A stretch of DNA of 64,000 nt from Alphaproteobacteria bacterium (GTDB taxonomy: Bacteria; Pseudomonadota; Alphaproteobacteria; UBA828): assembly GCA_965214705.1 (NCBI GenBank), contig CBDCCI010000002.1, positions 1,376,001-1,440,000 of the forward strand, given 5' to 3'. Both the position numbers and the translations under genes were made by a program. Of the stretch, positions 36,812 through 46,049 are shown piece after piece. The notes under the pieces were generated by a model, which was not told the DNA's origin, searched no databases, and worked only from the letters and a program-made list of their open reading frames with translations. The stretch's first letter is position 1, and every line of letters begins with the position of its first letter.

Positions 36812-38092
36812 GGCTCCCCCGCCCGCGCGGGGATAGCCCCAGAGAAGGGACTCAAGATTATGACAAGCACGGGGCTCCCCCGCCCGCGCGGGGATAGCCC
36901 CATACTAGTCCTCGTCAGCAGTCATGCGGCGGGGGCTCCCCCGCCCGCGCGGGGATAGCCCCCGGCCTCTGACCAACATCAGCATCGCCTATATGGCTCC
37001 CCCGCCCGCGCGGGGATAGCCCCATCCCGGTGATGAAGCAGTCCGACGCGTACTGGGCTCCCCCGCCCGCGCGGGGATAGCCCCCTGCATCATCCTGCAC
37101 GAATCTCTTCAGCACAGGCTCCCCCGCCCGCGCGGGGATAGCCCCGGTCTAAACAGGGAGACAACAGGGAGACTGGAGGCTCCCCCGCCCGCGCGGGGAT
37201 AGCCCCCTCTTGCCGTATTCTTCCGAAATAACCTGTGCGGCTCCCCCGCCCGCGCGGGGATAGCCCCGAGAGGTGAGGAACAACGGCCGGGGTCGCTAAG
37301 GCTCCCCCGCCCGCGCGGGGATAGCCCCCCGTACGTGTGCCACGACGCGGAGGCCGCCGTGGCTCCCCCGCCCGCGCGGGGATAGCCCCGATCCCCTCCA
37401 GGAGCGCCGGCCGCAGCTCGTGGCTCCCCCGCCCGCGCGGGGATAGCCCCGCCTTGTTTGGCTCGCGGGATGCGCTCTTCACGGCTCCCCCGCCCGCGCG
37501 GGGATAGCCCCAATGAAGGGACTCAGATATGACGTGCACGGAAGGCTCCCCCGCCCGCGCGGGGATAGCCCCCGAGCAGCACTACCCCGACGCCCTCGTG
37601 CTCGGGCTCCCCCGCCCGCGCGGGGATAGCCCCCTCGACGGCGCCAACCTCGCCCGCGCCAACCTGGCTCCCCCGCCCGCGCGGGGATAGCCCCCTTGAC
37701 GCCGTAGTAGTCAGAGCTGCCCGTTCGGCTCCCCCGCCCGCGCGGGGATAGCCCCGCCATGAAGCTGGTGATCGACTACGCCGACATGGCTCCCCCGCCC
37801 GCGCGGGGATAGCCCCGCAGAAGCCGACGCTGGGACCAGCGATTCGAAGGCTCCCCCGCCCGCGCGGGGATAGCCCCGATCCCTCGGTCGGCGCTTTCGT
37901 CATGATCATGGCTCCCCCGCCCGCGCGGGGATAGCCCCATTGCGGTCGAGTCCGCCAGCTCCCGCACGAAGGCTCCCCCGCCCGCGCGGGGATAGCCCCG
38001 AGAGACATGACCGATTCAGCCCACCCAGCCTGGCTCCCCCGCCCGCGCGGGGATAGCTGCGGCCTCAACACCCGCCACATCTCAGCATTAGT
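36812..38092 (+). CRISPR. Type I-E array, leader-proximal part: 21 repeats and 21 spacers
   Basis: 29-bp repeat GGCTCCCCCGCCCGCGCGGGGATAGCCCC with 32-bp spacers and a 61-bp period. Repeat 21 ends in ATAGCTGC. Confidence 0.98.
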
Positions 38093-40063
38093 CCGAACTT
38101 CCCCAGCAGATATTGAGCTAAGTTGTTGCGGTGGCTTTCCAAACCACCGTTTCGCGGAGTCGCGTACTGGGTACGCTACAGGCTGACGCCAAGCAGATCG
38201 AGCGCCTGGCGCTGTACCGGCGTCGGCTTGGTGACCAGATCGAAGGGCGGTGCTCCGGCGAGTTTCGGTTGAACGCGGTTCCTGGCGATGGTCGCCAAAT
38301 CATCGAGGAGCGTGCGGAAGCTGTGCACCGGCATCCCGTCTGGCGTGCGTTTGCCGGCGGCCTTGCGACGGGCGGAGGGCGAGGGCTTTGCCGGTGAGAC
38401 GATGGAAGCGCGCGCGGCGTCCGCAGCGGCCGGGTCGTCCTCGTCGAACAGGATGGGGGCGAGCCTTTGGCGCATGTGCCATTCGACGTGGTAGGCGAGC
38501 ATGCACAGCAGCACGTGGGCGCGCACGCGCTCGGGGCGGTAGTGGTGGATGGGCCGCACCTTGAGGTCGACGGTCTTGACGCTGCGGAAGGCGCGCTCGA
38601 TGCGGCTCAATCCCTTGTAGGCGCGCACCGTGTCCTCGGCTCCGAGCTCGCCCTCGGGCACGCTGGTGCGGATGACGTAGAGGCCATCGAGCGCCGCCTC
38701 CTCGGCGATCCGCTCCCGGTTGCGCTGCCAGGTGAAGCCGTCATCGGCGATCTCCAGCTCGAAGTGCTTGGCGACCTTGTGCTTGCCGATGACCTTGCCC
38801 ACGCGCAGGCCGATCTTGTCCTTGCCGGCGAGGCGGCGCTTGGCGCGCCGTGTTGCCGCTCGGATCTCGTCGAGGTCGCCCTCGGTGGCCTGGAGCAGGG
38901 CCTCGCGCTTGCGCGCCCTCTCGACGGCGAGCAGCGGGTTGCGGCAGGCGATCAGGCGTTCGCCGGGGAAGTCGGGATGATGGATCTCGGCCAGGTCGCG
39001 TTCGTCGAAGAGCGAGGGCTGCAGCGTTCCGCTGGAGGCCAGCTCCCGGATCGCCGGCGCCCGCAGCGCGCTGATCCACTCCAACCCGGCCGGCTTCACC
39101 TCCTCGCGGATGCGCGCCTCGGTGAGCATGCCGCGATCGCCCACCAGCACCACCCGCGAGAGGCCGAAGCGCCGGCGCAGCTTGTCGATCTGGGAGCCCA
39201 GGGTGGCCGGATCGGCGGTGTTGCCCTCGAACACCTCCACCGCCACCGGGCAGCCCTGCGCGTTGCACAGGAGCCCGAACACGATCTGCAGCTTGCCGCG
39301 CTTGCCGTCGCGGGAGTAGCCGTGATGCGCCAGCGGGCAGCAGCGCCCCTCCAGCCATGTCGAGGTGACGTCGTAGAGTACCAGAGCGCCGTCCTCGAGG
39401 TGACGCTCGGCCAGACGCCGTTCGATCCTGCCCTGGCGCTCAAGCAGCCAGTCCATCGCCTGGTAGAGTTCGTCTTCGTCGACCTCGCCCAGGTCGAGGG
39501 CCTCGCCGAGGCCGCAGCTCAGGGTGTCGCCGCTGAGCCCGCGTGCGGTGGCGAGCTTCGAGCGCGGCGCCACGATGCGGGCGACGATCATCGCCGCCGC
39601 GAGGTCGCGCAGCCGCGAGCGCCTGGCCGCGATCAGCCGTTCCAGACCGAGGCCGCGCAGAGCCCCGAGCACCGCTGCGACATGGCCGAAGGGACGCGAG
39701 CGGGTGATGTCGAAGCCGTCGTCCTCGCGGCGCTTCTCGCCGCGGGGCACAGCGGTTCCGCCGCGCAAGAGGATGCGCAGGCCCTCGACCAGGTGCGGGG
39801 GCCACCTGGAGAGGTTGGCGAGGGTGCGCTTTCTGATTTTTCCGCCTTCGCGCCATGATTCGCGCAGGAGGATTGCGGGGGGTGAGTTCCGGTTTGGGAC
39901 GCTTTCGATATACATGGGGACGGATCATAGTGCCTGACCCGCAAAATATCAACGCCCCATCCTCATTTACATGGGTACACTTTGCATCCGCACCAACGGC
40001 CGATACGTCCGCAAAAACAAAGACTTATGCCCGAAAATCAGCGAAATTCTGGGGGAAGTTCGG
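38093..40063 (-). mobile_element. IS1634-family element inserted in the CRISPR array
   Basis: TIR CCGAACTTCCCC/GGGGAAGTTCGG. The 6-bp TSD ATTAGT is at 38087-38092 and 40064-40069. Confidence 0.93.
38176..39915 (-). CDS. IS1634-family transposase
   Basis: MYIESVPNRNSPPAILLRESWREGGK, LYDVTSTW, GYSRDGK, VGDRGM and IERAFRSVKTVDLKVRPIHH. Confidence 0.93.
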   Translation of the reverse strand: MYIESVPNRNSPPAILLRESWREGGKIRKRTLANLSRWPPHLVEGLRILLRGGTAVPRGEKRREDDGFDITRSRPFGHVAAVLGALRGLGLERLIAARRSRLRDLAAAMIVARIVAPRSKLATARGLSGDTLSCGLGEALDLGEVDEDELYQAMDWLLERQGRIERRLAERHLEDGALVLYDVTSTWLEGRCCPLAHHGYSRDGKRGKLQIVFGLLCNAQGCPVAVEVFEGNTADPATLGSQIDKLRRRFGLSRVVLVGDRGMLTEARIREEVKPAGLEWISALRAPAIRELASSGTLQPSLFDERDLAEIHHPDFPGERLIACRNPLLAVERARKREALLQATEGDLDEIRAATRRAKRRLAGKDKIGLRVGKVIGKHKVAKHFELEIADDGFTWQRNRERIAEEAALDGLYVIRTSVPEGELGAEDTVRAYKGLSRIERAFRSVKTVDLKVRPIHHYRPERVRAHVLLCMLAYHVEWHMRQRLAPILFDEDDPAAADAARASIVSPAKPSPSARRKAAGKRTPDGMPVHSFRTLLDDLATIARNRVQPKLAGAPPFDLVTKPTPVQRQALDLLGVSL

Positions 40064-40069
40064 ATTAGT

Positions 40070-40586
40070 GGCTCCCCCGCCCGCGCGGGGATAGCCCCGT
40101 CGAACGGCAGCGGGTGGTCCACAACGCCCTGGCTCCCCCGCCCGCGCGGGGATAGCCCCCGGGCATCCAGCGATCCACGTAAGTCAGGTGGGGCTCCCCC
40201 GCCCGCGCGGGGATAGCCCCCAACATGGATGACCAGCCCTCGGCGTTCAGCCGGCTCCCCCGCCCGCGCGGGGATAGCCCCTATCGTTGCGGCGCCAACT
40301 GGCGGACGCGGAGGGCTCCCCCGCCCGCGCGGGGATAGCCCCTGCCCGATCGTGCAGTTGCCGGCACCGGCGGTGGCTCCCCCGCCCGCGCGGGGATAGC
40401 CCCTTTTCGCAGGACGCCAGCCCGACGAAGCGGCCGGCTCCCCCGCCCGCGCGGGGATAGCCCCCCTCCGGCGACGCTCGAGATGCTCACGGAGGTGGCT
40501 CCCCCGCCCGCGCGGGGATAGCCCCCAACGGTGGTGCATCAACTCGACGGCACACTCGGCTCCCCCGCCCGCGCGGGGATAGCCCC
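40070..40586 (+). CRISPR. Type I-E array, distal part: 9 repeats and 8 spacers
   Basis: Same 29-bp repeat and 61-bp period. The last repeat (40558-40586) is perfect. Confidence 0.98.
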
Positions 40587-40782
40587 CCACCGCATAGGCC
40601 GCAGTCGCGATCAGCGAGGAGGTGATGGAGGTGCGGAAGCGGTCGAGCGCCGGCCCCAGCCCCGCCACGGAGACGGCGAAGCGCCGGTTGGCGACGATGG
40701 CCCGGTTGACGCCCGCCTCATAGGGCAGCGCGTTAGCGGAGAAGTCGACGTGGGCGCCGGCGACGCGGATGGATGTGGGCAT
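40587..40782 (-). pseudogene. 5' fragment of a probable phage tail tape-measure gene truncated at the CRISPR repeat
   Basis: GGAGG RBS, MPTSIRVAGAHVDFSANALPYEAGVNRA...IATAAYAVG, running into the repeat with no stop. Lies downstream of chaperone-like ORFs. Confidence 0.55.
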
Positions 40783-40820
40783 GGGCGTCTATTACCCTCC
40801 CCCCATGGGACAGACGAAGA

Positions 40821-41291
40821 CTATTGCGGCGTCATCTCCGCACGAACGCCCTGCCCCACCATTATGTCGATGCACCGCTCGCGCAGTTGCTCATAGATGT
40901 GCGGATGCACTTCTTCAGGATATTGCGCCACGATCCCCTCAAGCACCTTGCGCGTCTCCTCGATTATCTCCCGCCCAGCGGCGCGATACGCGATGAGCGT
41001 CCCGTCGGGATCGAAGTTATCCCAGAGGCTGTCCTGGGAGATGTACTCGCGGAGGCAAGGCGTGATGACCTTGGCCTCCATCTCGGTCTCGTCCGGTGCG
41101 ACGCGATACTTGTGCACGGAGCCGAGAGGCTCCATCTCGGCCAGCTCGCAGCCACGCTCGCAGAGCCTGACCGCGATGGGGTCATCGTATCCGAGACACT
41201 CGGACTTGCAATCCGCCAGAGCGGGTCCGATGAACATGGCCAGAGCCAAAATCCCGGCCACAGCCATCCCGAAGTACGGGATTGTCCGCAT
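40821..41291 (-). CDS. Hypothetical secreted protein (moron-like)
   Basis: Signal-peptide-like N-terminus (MRTIPYFGMAVAGILALAMFIGPALA) and a Cys-containing mature part. Confidence 0.65.
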   Translation of the reverse strand: MRTIPYFGMAVAGILALAMFIGPALADCKSECLGYDDPIAVRLCERGCELAEMEPLGSVHKYRVAPDETEMEAKVITPCLREYISQDSLWDNFDPDGTLIAYRAAGREIIEETRKVLEGIVAQYPEEVHPHIYEQLRERCIDIMVGQGVRAEMTPQ

Positions 41292-41300
41292 TGACGACAT

Positions 41301-41931
41301 CTATCCCCTCCCCATCTCGGCCAGACACGCTTGGCGGTCAGCCTCCATATCGGCCTCGCGTTGCGCCGCCGCGCTCGCCCCGTCTTCCTTGAACTCCTCC
41401 CAAGGGAACCACGAGGCCACGTCCGGGCGCTTGCCGGTGACCTTGAGCTCGAAGAAAACACCGATTTTCGCGAGCGTCAAACGGATGTCGCTGAGCAACA
41501 CCGGATCGGGCGGCACCCGATCGAAGTGCCGCTCCCAAAGCTCTACCTCATGGGGATTATCGAGGAAGTGCTGGAGCGGCTGCCCCGTCTCCCTTGATGC
41601 TAGGTAGGGCCGTCGCCGACGGCTTCGTCTACCTCCGCCGCCTTGTCGATGACGCCGGCGGCGTCGGCAGGATCGCCGCCCTCGCCGTCCTCGGTCATGT
41701 CGATCAGCTTGTCCAGCTTGCAGAGCTTGAGCGCGGCGTTCACGACGAGGGGGAGTCGCTCGAACTTCTCCGGCTCTTCGCGCGATTTGCCGAGCAGCCG
41801 ATCCCAGGCGTCCTCGTCCATGTCGTCGTGCCCTACGACGGTGATGACGAGGGCATTGCAGATGATCCGCTCGAGATCGACGGCCAGCCGCGCGCCGAGA
41901 TCGGATTCGTCCTCGCCCTTCTGCTTCTTGA
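41301..41931 (-). pseudogene. Probable phage tail assembly chaperone pair (G/GT-like), 5' end cut by IS1634
   Basis: An acidic ORF ending ...VGDGPT* (41600) overlaps a -1 frame ORF lacking its own start (...LWERHFDRVPPD...MGRG*), upstream of the tape-measure-like gene. Confidence 0.5.
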
Positions 41932-41943
41932 CCCAAGTTGGCA

Positions 41944-42836
41944 GTGCGCCGTGGAAAGGCGCTCTCTTTCAGCGGGTGCGAATCCCGCCCAACAACTGTC
42001 GCTCCGGTTGGTAGCAGCCAGGGCGGTTCATGGAGGTGACGACATGGGCTGAAGCACCTTGGTGGAAAAGGGCCACCGTTGGGTGGCTCAGCGACCGTGC
42101 GGGCCGGAACGTGAGTGAACGCTGAGCAGGCCTCGAAACGGGTAATGCGAGTGTCGACCCTCCTGCCAAAAGGGGAAGACCGTCGCCGATCGGGAAGAGA
42201 GCGACATGCGCACCGATCGCGGCTCGCCGGGGTAGTGGCGCCGGCACGCACGGAAGAGGAAGAGAGCAGCAACACGGGAAGCCCTGACGGTGGTGCGCGC
42301 ACATCAACCGGAAGCCCGCGAGGGACAGGCCGGGCCGTCAGGGTGGCGGAGAGGCCCGTAAGACTGAGGACGCCGGGTAATGCCGGCCGAGGAAAGGGGC
42401 CTCAGGTGTGGAGGGGTGCCTTGAAGGGAGAAGGGCCAGGGAGTGGCTAAGCCTGTAACCCCGAGAATGGCCGGAGATCCCGGCGGCATCACATGCAAAT
42501 GGAAGCGAAGGGGCCGCCCGGAGCAAATCTGCGCGGTACCGCCGGGGCATCGACAGGCCCGGCGGTCAAGGCGGACGACGAATGGACCGCGATGGTTGAG
42601 GGGATGCGCACCCTTGCGACCGGATCGGAGGTTCCGATCACGTGCGCCATCGTCGCGAGCTTTGCCTGTGTGCGAGATGCATGATCCCACTGGAGAGCTC
42701 GGTGCTCGAAATGGGCACGCCGGGTTCGGAGAGCGGGGACCGGAAACGCGGCCAAGGGAGCCGGATTGAGGCCCGCAGCGAAAGCGGCGGAATTGCCACC
42801 GGACCCTACAGCAGGCGCGCCAGTCCTCGACTCTAC
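41944..42836 (+). ncRNA. ORF-less group II intron (IIB-like, 893 nt)
   Basis: 5' GTGCG, D5 GAGAGCTCGGTGCTCGAAATGGGCACGCCGGGTTCGGAGAGCGG, a long D6 ending CTCGACTCTAC, and EBS1 TGCCAA (42164-42169). D4 holds only degenerate IEP ends. Confidence 0.9.
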
Positions 42837-42928
42837 CTTTTCCGCTGTCTGTGTTCCCTATTGGTTTGATTCAACGCGATATTTTTCTCGGTCGATTCCA
42901 ACATGGCCCCACATTTTGTGAGATTCTG

Positions 42929-44740
42929 TCAGCTCATCAGACGGGTCCTCGTGCGGTGGATGGCGGGGTCCACGCCCGCCGCCGAGGAGATTGCGGCAAC
43001 CTCGGCGGCCGGGCGCGTGTCCTGGCGGTTGACGATCAAGGTGCCGTCGGTCTGGCGCAGGCGCGTGGTGATCCGCACCCAGGTCCGCATGCTCTCGCGG
43101 ATCGATGCCCAGCACTTGTGGATGTCCCGCGCGGCCAGCCGGGTACGGATCAGATGCACGGCGTGGTAGGCCAGCACGGCGATCAGCAGGTGGGCCGCGA
43201 TGCGCCGGTCGAGCTGGTGCCAGATCGGGCGAAGGCCGAGTTCGGATTTCAGGCTTCGGAATGTCGCCTCGATATCCGTGATCCGCCAGTACGTCCGCAG
43301 GACCGTCTCGATATCCCAGTCGACGTGGCTGGTGCGCAGCACATAGGCGCCCGCGCCCTCATCGGCCTCGTCGTATCGCGGCCTGCGCTTGAAGCGCACG
43401 GCGGTGGCATTGGGGCCGGTGTCCGCCTTCTCGACCGTGATCTCGTAGTGCCTGGCGACGGCGGAGAAGCGCTGCTTGAGGCGGCCTATGCTCTCCAGCA
43501 CCTTGTCGTAGCGCTTGAGGCGGCCCTTGACCGCAAGGCCGCCGTGGAGCCTTTGCAGCGCCGCCTCGAAGCGGTTCCGCCTCAGGCCGATGATCGCGTT
43601 CTCGGCCTTCTTCTTGCCCTCGCTGACGACGTAGAGCCGCGCCTCGCCGTCCTCGCTGGCAAGCCGCCAGGCCCGCACCTCGTGGCGCGCGCTGGTGATC
43701 AGCAGCGCCTCGGGCCCGCCCTCCGGCAGCGGCGGCCTGGCGCCGCGGCTGACCGCGATCCAGTCGTAGCCCTGCTCGCCCAGCCAGACGATGTTCTCCT
43801 CGGTGGCGATGCCCGCGTCCATGACCACCGTGGGCTTCGGCGCCGTGCCGCCGCACACCGCCTTGAGCCGGGCCAGCGCCTCGTGCAGCGTGCCCGGCTC
43901 GCTCACGTTGCCGGGCAGGATCTCGCAACTGCGCGGGAAGCCCGCGCCGTCGAGCGCCAGCGCCAGCGTGATGAGGGGACAGTCGTCGCGCTTCTGCTTG
44001 GAGCGCCCGAACCTGGGAAGCTCGCCGTCGGTGTGGCCGTGGTAGTGGACGTTGGTGAGATCGTAGAAGGCGATCGTCTCGGGCAGGTCGAGCAGCGCGC
44101 GCTCACGGTTGAACAGTTCCCTCTGGATGGCGGCCCGGTGGCGCCAGAGCAGGTCGCCGATGCGATAGAGCGTCTTGCGCCGCAGCGCCTTGCGGTCGCC
44201 CTCCAGGCCCAGGAGCTCGGCGGCCGCGCTGTCGTGGCGGAGCCAGCGGCTGGTATCACGCTCGCTGGCGGGATGGACCATCCTGGCGACGATCAGCGCG
44301 CTGGCGATGCGTCCGTCGCGGCCCTTGATGTCGAGGCCGTGGAGGATTTCGGCGAAGCCAAGGTCGTCGAGGGCCTTGAGGCACAGGCGCTCGCAGCCGA
44401 CGGTGCGCGGGTTCTCATGCTCCAGGGTATCGAGGTCGACGGTGGCGATCTCGGGCTTGCGCGCCTCTTCCTGCATCGCCTCGGCACGGAACCCCCTGGC
44501 CCTGAGCTTGGCGACGATGTCCTCGGCTGCGGCCTGCACGTCCGGGACGGCTTGGAGCAGCGGCGGGCGGCCGTGCAGCAGCGCCTCGGCGAGTTCGGCC
44601 ACTTCGCGCCATTTCTCCTTCGGCACCGGATAGTCGGTACCGAGATTGAGCAGCGTCCTGTGGCGCACCTTGTCGCCGACGCGCTGGGCGAGCACGAGGC
44701 GATGGCTTCGGACCGGCTGGCCGTCCTTGTCGGTGTGCAC
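42929..44740 (-). pseudogene. IS1634 transposase, N-terminally truncated
   Basis: Near-identical to the copy 1 transposase but lacks the first residues (MFIR...). Confidence 0.8.
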
Positions 44741-45043
44741 CTACTTTAGCGAATATTTGGCGAGCGCACCGTGACGCAGGGTTGCAATTTTCTCCTGTAT
44801 GTTGGTTATGATACAGTGGGTTATGGTTGGCGTCAAGAACGGTTGGGCCGGGCCTGGAGAACACATGGGCTGATCTTGTGTCACTGAGTAGTTGCATTCG
44901 GGGAAACAGGTAGTGGAGTTTTTCGTGGAGCGCTGGTATGGTCGTGGCATCCATTGTGGCTCGCTATGTAGGGACACAATAGAGACATAGGATTATGTCT
45001 GCGACGAATACCATAGGAATATCGTCACACATTCTACGTCATT

Positions 45044-45700
45044 ATGCAGCTGCGTGTCGCTGTCTCCACAGGCCTTGCCGGACGGATGGCCGCGATTAGG
45101 GAGGAGGCCGGCGGACGCCGCCAGCGCGCGGTGATGGCCACCGATACGGAGTGGGAAGGGATCGGCCGGGCGGCTGCGGCGAGCGGCATGGACCTGTCGC
45201 GCTTCGTGATCCATCGCGCGCTGGACCGGGACCTCTGCCGCCGGAGGTTCTGCGCCGGGCGGTCCGCGAGATGCTGGTGATGTCGAGGCTGGAGGAGAGG
45301 CGGCTGCGCGGGGCCGGCGAGGCCTGGGAGGACGCCTGCGACGCGGTGGACGAATGGATCGAGCGGGAGGGCACGCTGGACCGGCTCACCGATCCCGGCG
45401 CGGCGAACCGCTGGAAGGCGGCGGGGCCGGCCGAGGAGGACGGGTCGTGACGGAGGAGGCGGTGCGGGCCCGTCAGGCGTGGGCCCGTCAGGCGTCAGCG
45501 GAGCCTGCACTGCAAGCCGGCGAAGCAGCAGGCGATGATCCGGGAGCGCGCGGCGGCGGCGGAGAAGACCGTGTCGCGCTATGTTCTGGAGCTTGCGCTC
45601 GCCGACGATCCGGACCGCAATCCTCTGGTGCTGACGGAAGCGGAACAGGTTGAGCAGCGGGACGGGGTGCGATCGCCACGTACAGCGTGTCATGCTCCGC
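45044..45700 (+). pseudogene. Two frameshifted MobC-like ribbon-helix-helix genes
   Basis: ATDTEWEGIGRAAAASGMDLSRFVIHRAL and AMIRERAAAAEKTVSRYVLELAL. Frames are broken and the region ends at IS21. Confidence 0.55.
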
Positions 45701-46049
45701 CCTGATCGGCGCGGCCGTCTCATTTGTGCGGATTCCGGTTCATTTGACCGCCGGTTCTGATTCTATCTGACCGGGGTTCTGATTTTATTTGACCGGGGTT
45801 CTGGCAACACTTGACCGTGCTGCGGGCGCGCGCCAGCGCGCTGTCTCTCCCGGATTTGGCGGTGTGACCCTCCCCTTGGTGATGTCGGGGGGCTGGCCTC
45901 TGGCCAGCCCGAGCCGAGCGTATGCGAGGCCTCTTGGGCATGCAAACGGCCGGCGGGGCGCGGCGGCAAGCTCTCACACACAGCATGCCGCCGCGCACCT
46001 CCGCCCTCGCAGCCTGGAAGGCGCCGCAGGCGCCCATGGACCCCGGCCT

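Larger units (their letters stand above)
41932..44741 (-). mobile_element. IS1634-family element, copy 2 (TIR split by an intron, transposase 5' end and other TIR missing)
   Basis: CCCAAGTTGGCA (41932-41943) plus CTTTTCC (from 42837) reconstitutes the TIR of copy 1. The core is nearly identical to 752-2581. Confidence 0.88.

Noticed and set aside
37634-37665. Spacer CTCGACGGCGCCAACCTCGCCCGCGCCAACCT with an internal repeat
   Set aside because: It is explained as a piece of a pentapeptide-repeat gene (LDGANLARANL), common in phages, and has no target visible in this window.
36915-38080. ORFs with GYPRAGGG/LSPRGRGS/AIPARAGEP repeats
   Set aside because: These are translations of CRISPR repeats, not proteins.
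40015-40027. IHF-like box AAACAAAGACTTA in the IS end acting as a substitute leader for the distal array
   Set aside because: It has one mismatch to the consensus and sits about 43 nt from the repeat, versus 9 nt in the real leader, so it is more likely part of the IS end.
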